IMG/VR virus record: IMGVR_UViG_3300045988_059775
Strand: one strand, 5' to 3'
From: a virus
DNA: 43,715 nucleotides
Below, one piece after another: positions 29,401-39,108 of this stretch. The stretch's first letter is position 1. Each line of letters begins with the position of its first letter. Below the pieces are notes generated by a model, which had not been told where the DNA came from, searched no databases, and was given only the letters and a program-made list of their open reading frames with translations. The position numbers were made by a program, and so were the translations under genes.

Positions 29401-32348
29401 ACATCTTTAATCTGGAGGCGACTCTGTCGCTGGATGATTCCGCCTACCGGCAGAGCATCCAAAACGTGCAGAACAGCACCAAAAGGGCTGTCACGGAGCT
29501 GGGCTCCGAGTACAGCAAAGCGGCGCAGAAAGTCGCCGAACTGACAAAGCGGTACAACGAATCGGCTGAAAAGACCGGGCGCACCTCTGCGCAGACCAAG
29601 GAGCTGAAAGCTGCTCTGGCCTCTGCCCGGGCTGAGCTGAAAGAGACCACCTCGGCCCTGAAATCAGCGAACATCGGTATGACGGAGTTTGGCGGTTCAT
29701 CTGAGACCGCCAGCGGCTCCCTCACCGGAGCCATCACCAAAGCCAACCTGCTTACCGGGGTCATCTCCAAAGTAAGCTCCATGGCCCTGTCTGCGGCCAA
29801 GGATTTTATCCAGACCGGCATCCAGTATAACGCCCAGCTGGAAAGCTATACCACCGGCTTTACCAACATGCTGGGCAGTGCGGAGGCGGCCAAAGCGGCC
29901 ATGGACGCTATTCAGGAGGATGCCGCTCGCACCCCATTTGATGTGGCGAGCCTGACACAGGCCAATCAGCTGCTCATCAGCGCCGGTGAAAACGCGGGTT
30001 ATTCCCGCAAGGTCATCATGGCGCTGGGCGACGCTGTTTCGGCTACAGGCGGCGGCAATGCAGAGCTGTCCCGCATGTCAGCAAACTTGCAGCAGATCGC
30101 CAACGTGGGCAAGGCGTCCGCTATCGACATCAAGCAGTTTGCCTATGCGGGCATCAATATCTATCAGGTTTTGGCCGACTACACCGGAAAATCGGTGCAG
30201 GAAGTCCAGAAGATGACCATCAGTTATGATTTGCTGTCGCAGGCTCTTATCGCGGCCAGCGAAGAGGGCGGACGATATTACAACGCCATGGACACCCAAA
30301 GCCAGACCATGAATGGACGGGTATCCACGTTGAAAGATAACGTGAGCCAGCTGGCGGGTCTTATGACGGGTGACTTGAGCAGCGGAATCGGCGTGGTCAT
30401 CGGCAACCTGAACGATATGGTGGTGGCTGCGCAGGACGCTTACAAAAAGGATGGGTGGAAAGGTCTCGGCGAAGCGATTCTCGGTCTGGACAACCCGATC
30501 AGCACCATCATCAGCAGTTTTGGCAGGCTGGGTTCTGCGGCTGTAAGCGCTCTGGATAGAGCAAGTTACGCCCTAAACAAGGCCCTTGGCAAAACTGCCT
30601 ACTCCGATTATGACAGCTACGAGGACTACCGCGCATCGACGGACCGGCAGAACTCCCGCGACCGCCGCAGGCAAGCAGCGCTAAATGGCGTTGGCATCAG
30701 CAACAAGAGCTGGTCTGAGCGGCAGGCTGAGCTTGCTGCTGCCGCTGGCTCCGGCGGCAGTTCAATCCCCACTGGCGGTAGCGGTGGGAGCTCTTCCGGC
30801 GGCAAGCCTGGCTCAAAGTCCACCACCGAAACGGTCATTTCGTCCATCTCCAGAACGGCTACGACTACCGCTCAGAATGCCCTCGGCACCGTGACCACCA
30901 GCATTCAGACTCTCACCGAAAAGGTCAAGGACAGCGCGGGCAGCATCAAAGACCGAATCACCGAGACCACCACCACGACCGGCAAGGAGATGGTCGATGG
31001 CATCGAGACCACCTATAAACAGGTGGAGACCAAGGTTAACGGCGTGGTGACCAAAACCACAAAGACATACGACGATATGTCGAAAACGCTGGCGGCCACC
31101 CTGACCCGCACCACCAGCAAGGTAGAGGGCGGCGTGACCACCGCGATCCAGGAGGTCACCAAAAAATACGCCGACGGCAGCGAGCACATCGAAAAGACCG
31201 AGACCATCACCGAAGAAAACATCGTCGATGGCGTGGCCCGGACCACCAAGACCATCAACACCTATATCGACGGTGTGCTCCAGAACACCAAGACCGACAC
31301 CGAAGAGGCTGAAAAAAGCATCCAGGCTGCGCTTTCCCGCACCGAAAAGTATATCTCTGAGATTCAGGAGCAGTCTGACAAAGGCATTTTCGGGCTGGTG
31401 AAGTCTCTCTTTATCGACATCAAGAACAAAGACGGCAAGGCCATTGCCGGGGATGTGGTAAAGGTCATTTTCGGGCAGGTGACGCAAGAACAGCGCAACA
31501 CCATTCTGAAATGGGCAGACGATGCAATGACCGCCATCAACGAGCACTACGCGCAGGGCGGCATTCAGGGGGCGTTGCAGAGCATTGCAGACCTCTTCAG
31601 CAACGGCATCACCCCGGCGATCGACGGCTCCACCCAAAAAGTGAAGAGCTTTGCCGCCGTCCTGAAGGGTCTTTCCGGCACCGGAGGCTCTGGCGGCATC
31701 GTCAGCAGCATCATCAAGCTGTTCGGCGGCGGTACGAAGGCTGCGGCGGCTGCCGGTGAGGCCGGGGCAGGGCAGGCCATTGCGTCCGCGGCGAGCGGAG
31801 CGGCCTCCTTCTTTCCGGAGTGCCTTGCTGTGCTGGCCGCCATCGCAAATGGCGTTATCGGCTTCAAGATGGGCCAGAACGCCCGCGCCCGCGAGGATTC
31901 CGGCGAAGAGCGCTCTCTGGGAAGCAAGCTTCTCTCCGGCGCGCTTCTGGCGGCCACCGGCCCTATCGGCTGGATCAGCTACTTCTTTGGCAAAAAGTAT
32001 GGCAAAAAGTCCTCGTCTTCGTCCGCTGCGGCAGAAAGCGCCTCGTCTGGCGCGCCGAGCTATCTGGACATTCAGGACGCCTACTGGTACGGCAACGAGC
32101 GGGCTTTTGCGGGCTACGACTACCGCAGCGACCCCTTTACCTACAACCCCAACAACAATGCCGTCCCCAAGTATCAGGCGGAGATACAGGCTCAGCTTGC
32201 AAAGCTGAGCACCGTAGTGGAGCAGTATCTGCCCGACGTGGCAAATCAGCAGATCGTGCTGGATGACGGCACCATCGTGGGTGCTCTCGCCCCCGGAATG
32301 AACGACCAGCTGGGCCATATCCAGATGCTTGCAGAAAGGGGAAACTGA
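29397..32348 (+). CDS. Tape measure protein
   Basis: About 980-aa Ala/Gly/Ser/Thr-rich ORF after G/GT. The frame is open from 29391, with GGAGGAGG at 29381-29388. The first canonical start (GTG 29466) has no RBS, so CTG 29397 is proposed. Confidence 0.9.
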   Translation: MNIFNLEATLSLDDSAYRQSIQNVQNSTKRAVTELGSEYSKAAQKVAELTKRYNESAEKTGRTSAQTKELKAALASARAELKETTSALKSANIGMTEFGGSSETASGSLTGAITKANLLTGVISKVSSMALSAAKDFIQTGIQYNAQLESYTTGFTNMLGSAEAAKAAMDAIQEDAARTPFDVASLTQANQLLISAGENAGYSRKVIMALGDAVSATGGGNAELSRMSANLQQIANVGKASAIDIKQFAYAGINIYQVLADYTGKSVQEVQKMTISYDLLSQALIAASEEGGRYYNAMDTQSQTMNGRVSTLKDNVSQLAGLMTGDLSSGIGVVIGNLNDMVVAAQDAYKKDGWKGLGEAILGLDNPISTIISSFGRLGSAAVSALDRASYALNKALGKTAYSDYDSYEDYRASTDRQNSRDRRRQAALNGVGISNKSWSERQAELAAAAGSGGSSIPTGGSGGSSSGGKPGSKSTTETVISSISRTATTTAQNALGTVTTSIQTLTEKVKDSAGSIKDRITETTTTTGKEMVDGIETTYKQVETKVNGVVTKTTKTYDDMSKTLAATLTRTTSKVEGGVTTAIQEVTKKYADGSEHIEKTETITEENIVDGVARTTKTINTYIDGVLQNTKTDTEEAEKSIQAALSRTEKYISEIQEQSDKGIFGLVKSLFIDIKNKDGKAIAGDVVKVIFGQVTQEQRNTILKWADDAMTAINEHYAQGGIQGALQSIADLFSNGITPAIDGSTQKVKSFAAVLKGLSGTGGSGGIVSSIIKLFGGGTKAAAAAGEAGAGQAIASAASGAASFFPECLAVLAAIANGVIGFKMGQNARAREDSGEERSLGSKLLSGALLAATGPIGWISYFFGKKYGKKSSSSSAAAESASSGAPSYLDIQDAYWYGNERAFAGYDYRSDPFTYNPNNNAVPKYQAEIQAQLAKLSTVVEQYLPDVANQQIVLDDGTIVGALAPGMNDQLGHIQMLAERGN

Positions 32349-32349
32349 G

Positions 32350-34164
32350 ATGTACGAGATTTTTGCATATCCCTACGGCGACCCCGAAAACAAGCTGACC
32401 GTCTATCAGCCGGGCAACCGGCAGGCTGTGGTGCTGTCGCCCAAGCTTACCCGCGAGGTGAGCAAGGGCGGCAGCCTTACTTTTACCATGCTGCGCACCC
32501 ACCCCTGCTATGAATCCATGCAGAAGATGTCCACTGCTGTGGCGGTGCATCAGGACGGCAAGGAGATATGGCGAGGACGGGTGCTCAGCCACGAAGCCGA
32601 CTGGCTCAACCGCCGAGTCATCTACTGCGAGGGAGCTCTCAGCTATTTCAACGACAGCTGCATTACCCCCTTTAATTACGAGGGCAAGCTGAGGGATTTT
32701 TTGGAATACCTCATCAAAGCCCACAACTCCCAGATCTCCGGCGGCGACGGCTACGAAGAGCAGACCAGCTACGACAAGATGAAAAAGTTTGAGCTGGGCA
32801 GGGTGACTGCCGCCCTCGGCGGCCTCGTGGTGAGCTACGGCGACCGCAACCAGTACGGCGTGGGCGAGGACTACGGCAGCACCTGGGACATCATCAGCAA
32901 AATGGTGCTCAAGACCTACGGCGGCTACGCTTACTGCACCTATAACTCCACCACCGGCATGAACGTGCTCAACTACTGCGACCAGGCATACGAGGCTGAC
33001 CGGCAGACCGCCCAGAACATCGAATATGGCGTGAATCTGCTGGATTTTACCGAGAAGACCGACACCAACGACCTTTTTACCCGCATCTGGCCGATGGGCA
33101 ACAAGCACACCGTTGAAGAGACCAAGACCCAATGGAAGTACAAATTCCTCTGGTTTAAGTGGGGCTCGACTACCGTGACGACCGGCACCCACGAAGAGCG
33201 CTACGGCATCAACGGCACGAGCCAGAGCGCCGTTGACAAGTACCTCCCGAAGAAGGGTTACAGCTGGAATCGGGAATACGGGTGGATACAGAACGACGAG
33301 GCCGTAAAAAAGTTTGGCGTGGTCTCCAAAATCAGGGAGTTTGACACGGACAGCAGCGACGCCACCTTTGCCGCCGCGGTGCAGGACCTGGAAAAAAACG
33401 ACCTCATGACCATGAGCTATGAGGTCAAGGCCGTTGACCTTGTGGACGCGGGCTATGATACCGAGCGGCTGACCTTTGCCAGCTTTGCCCATATCATCAG
33501 CAAGCCCCACAGCATCGACGTGATCATGCTCTGCACCAAGCTGGTGGAGCCGCTCGACCACCCGGAGAAGAAGGAGTACACCTTTGGTATGACCCGGCGC
33601 ACCCTCACTGACCGGGCCGTGGCAAATCTGGGCGTGACCAACGAGCTCTCAGAAAAGACGGCATCCACCAGCCGGTATGCAGGTGCAACGCAGATAGACA
33701 CCACACAGGCGGGCAAGACGGCCAGCGATTTCATCGACTATGCCCCCGCCTCCGGCATGACCGTCGGCCACGCCAGCATCACGGCCAACATCCATTTCGG
33801 GACGGACGGCCTGACCTTCTCCGGTGTGAAAAACGGCACTGAACTGCAAAGCTGGTCTGGCTCCACCTTTGCGGCCCAGACCACGAGCGTAGACCTCTCC
33901 GGCTATGCGGCGGTGCTGCTCACCTACGACGGCGACGCCGCGGCGTGGGCTGCCGCCAGGGGCAGGGGCCAGGCCTTTGCGGTGCTGCCGGTGAACGGCA
34001 AGACCTACTCCATCCTCTTCCCCGGCGCTCTAGCCCAGCGGCGGGACGTCACGGCGTCCAAAAGCGGCGTGATCTTTGGCAGCGGATACCGACAGACGGC
34101 GGCAGGCGCATGGGTGCAGGATGATACGGCCTGCCGCCCGGAGGCGCTGCAGGGCTTTATGTAA
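32350..34164 (+). CDS. Tail-associated protein (Tal / prophage-tail N-terminal domain-like)
   Basis: RVIYCEGALSYFNDS, IEYGVNLLDFTEKTDTNDLFTRIWPMG and MSYEVKAVDLVDAGYDTERLTF resemble conserved blocks of siphophage Tal N-terminal domains. Confidence 0.75.
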   Translation: MYEIFAYPYGDPENKLTVYQPGNRQAVVLSPKLTREVSKGGSLTFTMLRTHPCYESMQKMSTAVAVHQDGKEIWRGRVLSHEADWLNRRVIYCEGALSYFNDSCITPFNYEGKLRDFLEYLIKAHNSQISGGDGYEEQTSYDKMKKFELGRVTAALGGLVVSYGDRNQYGVGEDYGSTWDIISKMVLKTYGGYAYCTYNSTTGMNVLNYCDQAYEADRQTAQNIEYGVNLLDFTEKTDTNDLFTRIWPMGNKHTVEETKTQWKYKFLWFKWGSTTVTTGTHEERYGINGTSQSAVDKYLPKKGYSWNREYGWIQNDEAVKKFGVVSKIREFDTDSSDATFAAAVQDLEKNDLMTMSYEVKAVDLVDAGYDTERLTFASFAHIISKPHSIDVIMLCTKLVEPLDHPEKKEYTFGMTRRTLTDRAVANLGVTNELSEKTASTSRYAGATQIDTTQAGKTASDFIDYAPASGMTVGHASITANIHFGTDGLTFSGVKNGTELQSWSGSTFAAQTTSVDLSGYAAVLLTYDGDAAAWAAARGRGQAFAVLPVNGKTYSILFPGALAQRRDVTASKSGVIFGSGYRQTAAGAWVQDDTACRPEALQGFM

Positions 34165-34179
34165 AGGAGCGTGATTTTT

Positions 34180-34683
34180 ATGGGTAAGCTCATGGGGGCA
34201 AAAATCGGCTCTCTGCACACCTTGAATGACCTCGGCCTTTATCTGTTGGTTGGCAGCCCGCTCATCTCCAACGCAGAGCCGGACAAAAAGCTTGTGCAGG
34301 TGCCGGGCGGCGATTTCCTGCTCGACCTCACCCGGGCTGTGGACGGCAAAGTACACTACCTCCAGCGCACCATCCGGCTTGACCTCAAATGTAAGGCTCC
34401 GCCGGATGAGCGCCGCAAGGTGCAGAGCGCCCTCGAAAACGCCTTGCAGGGGCAGTGGCTGCGCTGCGTACTGGACGAGGACCCGGCCAACTTCTGGATG
34501 GGTCTGTGGATAGTGTCACCCCAGAGCAGAGACCGGCATACCGGCACATTTTCCATCACCGGCACGTGCAATCCCTACAAGTACAATGCCACCGCCTACG
34601 CGGGCGCAGACTGGCTGTGGGACGATTTTTATTTTGATGAGGACGTCATCTATGACGAGCCCACGGAGGTAAAGAGCCTGTGA
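34180..34683 (+). CDS. Distal-tail-protein-like (Dit / siphovirus tail component N-terminal domain-like)
   Basis: SLHTLNDLGLYLL...PDKKLVQVPGGDFLLDLTRAVDGKVHYLQRTIRLDL...DEDPANFWMG resembles the Dit N-terminal pattern. AAAGGAG RBS before ATG 34180. Confidence 0.6.
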   Translation: MGKLMGAKIGSLHTLNDLGLYLLVGSPLISNAEPDKKLVQVPGGDFLLDLTRAVDGKVHYLQRTIRLDLKCKAPPDERRKVQSALENALQGQWLRCVLDEDPANFWMGLWIVSPQSRDRHTGTFSITGTCNPYKYNATAYAGADWLWDDFYFDEDVIYDEPTEVKSL

Positions 34684-35291
34684 ACAAAACTTTCGAAGAA
34701 AACATCAACGCTGTCCGCACGGCAAAGCGGGGCGTCGAGGTGCGGGAGGCTATGGCTGAGAGCCTTGAGTATGTGGAGGGCTTTGCCTCCACCGCCACCC
34801 AAAAGGCAGAGGAAGCCGCAGCCAGCGCTGGGACTGCCGCCGAGGCCAAAGAAGCCGCTGCCGCCTCGGCCCGGACCGCAGAACAGCAGGCGGGCATTGC
34901 CACGCAGCGGGCCGAGACTGCCACGCAGCAGGCCGAGGCCGCCGAAAGCTCCAAAGCAGCCGCCGCAGAGTCCGCCAAGCGGGCAGAGCAGTTTGCCAAG
35001 GAGACCGAGGGCCGCGTCACCACCGATCCCACCCTGACCGTCTCGGGCGCTCCCGCAGACGCCAAAGCCACCGGCGACCGCATCAAAGCCATCAAAATCG
35101 TGACCGACAAGACCCTCACCATCTCCGGCGCGGCCGCGGACGCTGCGGCCACCGGCGTGCGCATCAAGCTGTTGGAGTTGGTGCAGGGCGTGGACGTGAG
35201 CGGCATCAGCTTTGTTTCGGCCTTTGACACGCTTGACGGCGTAGAGCTGACGGGTGTGTGGAACAAGGCGGCGAGCCGGGTGGAGTTTTAA
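34680..35291 (+). CDS. Tail fibre / baseplate-associated protein with an Ala-rich coiled coil
   Basis: Repeated DPTLTVSGAPADAKATGDRI and DKTLTISGAAADAAATGVRI motifs, common in Firmicutes phage fibre proteins. Confidence 0.65.
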   Translation: MNKTFEENINAVRTAKRGVEVREAMAESLEYVEGFASTATQKAEEAAASAGTAAEAKEAAAASARTAEQQAGIATQRAETATQQAEAAESSKAAAAESAKRAEQFAKETEGRVTTDPTLTVSGAPADAKATGDRIKAIKIVTDKTLTISGAAADAAATGVRIKLLELVQGVDVSGISFVSAFDTLDGVELTGVWNKAASRVEF

Positions 35292-35308
35292 AAGGAAGGA
35301 GGATTTTA

Positions 35309-36625
35309 ATGCAGATCAAAAACTTAGCCATTGGCGATGGCTTTGTATACCTGATGGAAGGCAGCACAAAAGTCAAGTTTTACGCGCTGTCCCACAACTA
35401 CGAGTCGAGGCTGAACGGCAAGGGACGGACACTGTTTTGTAGAGAGAGTCCGGCGGGGAGTGGAACACATACTACGTCCGCAAAAAAGGATTACAGAGTC
35501 GATAGCAATAATGAAGACGCCTGGTACAAAAATACCTATGTGAATAAGTTTTCCGGCGAAGTACGAAAATTGATTGGTATGACAAAATATATCGGTCAAT
35601 ATGTTCATATGACTTATACGCAGAGCGGCGATCCGACTGGCAACGCAAAAATTGATAGTAAAACATACGAATCAAGCTTTTTTCCCCTTTCGACAGCAGA
35701 AGTCGCGCTAAGGGCCTTCGCCGATGGCTCTGCGCTTTCCTCAGCCGCAATCAGCAGGATCGCCAGCATTCAAACCCGCTACGGAAGCGGTATTTGGACG
35801 AGAAGTCCATCTAGGGTCCTTACGGGTACTACCTCGACAGGCCTTACGAAATACTACTATGCCAACAGCCAATACATATCCGGTGCAAGTGGCTCCAGTC
35901 TTTCGACTGCCGAAGGAACTCCCGGCAGTTCTTACGGCTACCTTCCCTGTTTCACCCTGCCGGAGACGCTGTACATCGACAAGGACGGCTTCGCCACGGA
36001 AAACCAGCCGCCGGAAGTGACTTCCGATGCAGGCGAGAGCGGCGTGGCGCTGGGCGAGAAGAACGAGCCGTTTACTCTGGCCTACACCGTGACCGACGGC
36101 AACGGAGACCCCATGACCATCACCGAAAAGGTGAACGGCGTGGCGCTGGCCGTCCGCGAGAACGTGGCTACCGGCACCGAACTCACGGTACAGTGCCTGA
36201 GCGAGAAAGCCCTGTTCCAGCAGATCCTCAACGGAGAAAACACATTGGTGCTGGAAGTGGGCGACGGAAAGACCACGACAGAGTGGACCGCTACCTTTAC
36301 CAAAAATGTGACAAGTGCCGTCCTCTCGCTGGCCCAGCCCCTGACGGCGGACGACACCATCACCGTGGCGGCGCTGACGCTCGAGGGCAGTTTCCCGGCA
36401 GATATGAGCCTCAGCGTGGAGCTGACCAATAACGCACGGGACGATGCCCCGGTGTGGGAGAACTGCACCGACATCCAGCGCGGCGAGAGCCGGGCCTTTG
36501 TACACCACGCCTTTACCAACAAGACCGCCGCCAAGGGAGCGGCCTTTAACTACAAGGTGACGATCACCCGGGGAGCTTCCGGCGTCGGCGGCAATATCAC
36601 CATGATTGGGGGTGTCATCGGATGA
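35309..36625 (+). CDS. Putative receptor-binding / tail-tip protein
   Basis: 438-aa ORF with an AAGGAAGGAGG RBS. The N-terminal third is low-GC and contains GIWTRSPS. The C-terminal part is beta-rich and Thr/Val-rich. Confidence 0.65.
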   Translation: MQIKNLAIGDGFVYLMEGSTKVKFYALSHNYESRLNGKGRTLFCRESPAGSGTHTTSAKKDYRVDSNNEDAWYKNTYVNKFSGEVRKLIGMTKYIGQYVHMTYTQSGDPTGNAKIDSKTYESSFFPLSTAEVALRAFADGSALSSAAISRIASIQTRYGSGIWTRSPSRVLTGTTSTGLTKYYYANSQYISGASGSSLSTAEGTPGSSYGYLPCFTLPETLYIDKDGFATENQPPEVTSDAGESGVALGEKNEPFTLAYTVTDGNGDPMTITEKVNGVALAVRENVATGTELTVQCLSEKALFQQILNGENTLVLEVGDGKTTTEWTATFTKNVTSAVLSLAQPLTADDTITVAALTLEGSFPADMSLSVELTNNARDDAPVWENCTDIQRGESRAFVHHAFTNKTAAKGAAFNYKVTITRGASGVGGNITMIGGVIG

Positions 36626-36816
36626 GTCTGCACAAAACAGAAAAGAGCCTGAAAGAGCTCCACCGGAAGCTGGCAGAGGAGCAGAAGCTCAGGGAGCTGC
36701 CCGGCCTCGTGGCGGAGATCGAGGACGCCCTGTGTGAGCAGGATATGGCATCACAGGAGCGGCAGGCGGCTATCGAGGACTCGCTTTGCGAGCTGGATGC
36801 CGCCGTCAACAAGTAA
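36622..36816 (+). CDS. Hypothetical coiled-coil protein
   Basis: 64-aa ORF. ATGA overlap with the previous gene. Confidence 0.55.
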   Translation: MSLHKTEKSLKELHRKLAEEQKLRELPGLVAEIEDALCEQDMASQERQAAIEDSLCELDAAVNK

Positions 36817-36829
36817 GGAGGATTTCAAA

Positions 36830-36997
36830 ATGGATAAAATCTGGGCGAACCGGCTCATCGCCGGTACAAAGACGTGGGCAGAGATGCCCGCACGCCGCCA
36901 TGCCGGAGTCAAAGCGGAGCTGGCAAAGCGGGTGGCCGATGGCGAGATCACTGCAGAGCGGTACAAAGAGATCACGGGGGAGGACTACGATGGGTAA
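36830..36997 (+). CDS. XkdX-like small protein (tentative)
   Basis: 55 aa. IWANRLIAGTKTWAEMPARRHAGVKAELAKRVADGEITAERYKEITGE resembles small proteins found just before lysis cassettes in Firmicutes phages. Confidence 0.55.
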   Translation: MDKIWANRLIAGTKTWAEMPARRHAGVKAELAKRVADGEITAERYKEITGEDYDG

Positions 36998-37772
36998 GCT
37001 GCTGGAGCTGCTGGAAAAGCTGGTGCGGGCCATCTTTGGCCCGGGGGACGAGCGGGACACCGGCGAACCTGAGCCTACGCCCCAAGCCCCCAAGGCAGAG
37101 GCTGTCACCGGCTGGGAGGGCGACCCGCCCTACCGGTACATCGACGTGAGCCGGTGGCAGGGAATCATCAAAATGGAGGGTTGGGCGCAGGTAAAAGCGG
37201 CAGGCTACAAAGGCGCGATGCTGCGGGCCGTAGGGAACCGCAACGGTGTACCCTACATCGACCCCACCTTCGAGGACAACTATGCCAACGCAAAAGCGGC
37301 AGGGCTGGACGTAGGCGTGTACTACTACACTGACGCCTCCTGTGAGAAGCTGGCTGACGAAGAGCTGGCTGCACTGCGGCAGGCGCTGCGGGGCAAGGAG
37401 CTGACCATGCCGGTAGCGGTGGATCTGGAATCGCTGAATCTTGTCGGGATGCCCTATGGAGACTTATCCAATCTGGCAGCCTACCATCTGGAGCAGATCG
37501 AGAAGATGGGCTTCTTCGCCCAGCTCTACACCTACACGAGCTACGCCAACGCCCATCTGGATATGGCAAGGCTGTCAGGGCGGTGGGATGTATGGCTGGC
37601 TGACTACACAGGCAAGACCCCGAAGGTGCGGTTCAAGTACAACGCCCACCAACACACCAGCAAGGGCAGCGTGCCGGGCATCAACGGGCCGGTGGACCTC
37701 GACGTCACGACCGTCAACTACCCGAAAATTATCCGCAAGAAGGGCCTGACCCGTCTTCGGGAGGGCGCATGA
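36990..37772 (+). CDS. Endolysin, GH25 muramidase
   Basis: YIDVSRWQG, GVYYY, VAVDLE, WLADY and HQHTSKGSVPGINGPVDLD match the GH25 motif series. A roughly 45-aa non-catalytic N-terminal extension is present, and no separate wall-binding domain is evident. Confidence 0.88.
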   Translation: MGKLLELLEKLVRAIFGPGDERDTGEPEPTPQAPKAEAVTGWEGDPPYRYIDVSRWQGIIKMEGWAQVKAAGYKGAMLRAVGNRNGVPYIDPTFEDNYANAKAAGLDVGVYYYTDASCEKLADEELAALRQALRGKELTMPVAVDLESLNLVGMPYGDLSNLAAYHLEQIEKMGFFAQLYTYTSYANAHLDMARLSGRWDVWLADYTGKTPKVRFKYNAHQHTSKGSVPGINGPVDLDVTTVNYPKIIRKKGLTRLREGA

Positions 37773-38026
37773 GTGAAGCAATCATCGTAGCCATTATCAC
37801 CGGCGGTCTGAGCCTGATCGGCGTGATCGTCTCCAACAACCACACCGCCCAGAGCATGGACGCCAAGCTGGACAAGCAGCAGGCGGTGACCGAAACAAAG
37901 CTGGAGGAGCTGACCTGGGAAGTCCGGGCGCACAACAACTTCGCCCAGCGTGTGCCGGTGCTCGAAGAGCAGATGAAGGTGGCAAACCACCGCATTGCAG
38001 ACCTCGAAAAAGAGAGAGGAGAGTAA
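37769..38026 (+). CDS. Holin-like / lysis-associated membrane protein (N-terminal TM plus coiled coil)
   Basis: AIIVAIITGGLSLIGVIVS followed by a charged helix. ATGA overlap with the lysin. Confidence 0.6.
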   Translation: MSEAIIVAIITGGLSLIGVIVSNNHTAQSMDAKLDKQQAVTETKLEELTWEVRAHNNFAQRVPVLEEQMKVANHRIADLEKERGE

Positions 38027-38029
38027 TAC

Positions 38030-38368
38030 ATGGCAACGATCAATAACATTTTGGGCGTTATTCCCGCCCCGGTGGCGGCAGTTCTCATGCTGGGCGGCTT
38101 TATCTTTTACGCCCTGGGCTGCATCCGGCTGGGCTATGGCGCAGCGGTAAAGCCGCTGGTGCTGGACCTCATCGAGAGGGCCGAGCAGGAGATTCAGGGG
38201 ACAAAGCGCGGCGCAGAGCGTAAGGCGTGGGTCGTCAAGATGCTCCGGGCCGCCCTCAGCGCCAGCAAATACGGTAGGCTCATCAGCTGGGCCATCACCG
38301 ATGAGACCATCGGCAAGGTGATTCAATTTTTCTTTGACCGCATGAAGGCGGCCTTGCAAAATCAGTAA
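38030..38368 (+). CDS. Holin (LL-H-like architecture)
   Basis: N-terminal TM VIPAPVAAVLMLGGFIFYALG followed by a helical soluble part (ERAEQEIQGTKRGAERKAWVVKMLRAAL). Confidence 0.65.
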   Translation: MATINNILGVIPAPVAAVLMLGGFIFYALGCIRLGYGAAVKPLVLDLIERAEQEIQGTKRGAERKAWVVKMLRAALSASKYGRLISWAITDETIGKVIQFFFDRMKAALQNQ

Positions 38369-38378
38369 GGAGGTTATT

Positions 38379-38868
38379 ATGGCAAGCACTACATACCGCC
38401 ATATCGGTGACCTCACCGATATGTTCGCCGCACAAGAGCAATTTCGGCACGTCACGAAAATGGTTGAAATATGCAAAACCTGCACATTCGATTTGAAACA
38501 TTGGTTAAAAACGGCCATTTTTACGAATGAGTTCAACTTTTCAAGCCCGAAAAGTTCAATTTGTCACCGTTTTGCCAGCATTGGCAATATGGTGCGCAAC
38601 GCCGGACAGCTTCCGCAGCCCTTCTGGCTCGGTGCTGCCTGTGGCGGCGGCTCGCGTAGTGCTGCCCGCTGCGCTGCAAGGACTTGACCGACAGCAGATG
38701 ACCGCAGCCATCAAAAACGCACCGCTTGGGAGGGTAGACCGTAAGATAGCCTTACTGCGGTACGTTGAGCGGCTCCCGCTGCCGGACATTGCGGAACAGA
38801 CACATTACAGCCGGACGGCGGTAGGCTACCGGCTCAAAAGCATTGACAAAATGCTGGATACGTTGTAA
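38379..38868 (+). pseudogene. Possible frameshift-split sigma-region-4-type regulator gene
   Basis: A strong AAGGAGG RBS and ATG 38379 open one frame (to 38687). The recognisable HTH lies in the overlapping +1 frame (38527-38868). Confidence 0.3.
38527..38868 (+). CDS. Sigma-70 region-4-type HTH protein (start uncertain)
   Basis: RKIALLRYVERLPLPDIAEQTHYSRTAVGYRLKSIDKML is a region-4-like HTH. Confidence 0.45.
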   Translation: MSSTFQARKVQFVTVLPALAIWCATPDSFRSPSGSVLPVAAARVVLPAALQGLDRQQMTAAIKNAPLGRVDRKIALLRYVERLPLPDIAEQTHYSRTAVGYRLKSIDKMLDTL

Positions 38869-38970
38869 AATAATGTCAACGAAATCCGCCCGGCCTCTCG
38901 AAGAAGCGCATTAGGGCGGATATTTGTACAACTGACCAGTCTCCCGCACATCCAGCGTGAGACGTAAAAA

Positions 38971-39006
38971 CCCCCGGTGTTCCGTTTGGAGCACCGGGGG
39001 TTTTTT
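38971..39006. terminator. Bidirectional intrinsic terminator
   Basis: Perfect 9-bp stem cccccggtg/caccggggg. aaaaa lies upstream and tttttt downstream. Confidence 0.8.
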
Positions 39007-39108
39007 GTTTATTTGAGATATTCCCGCAGAGCCCGCAGGATGAGTTTCTCTGATGGATAGACCTCAAAGGCCTTGCCGCATATCACACACTTTTTTCTAT
39101 CATGCGAC

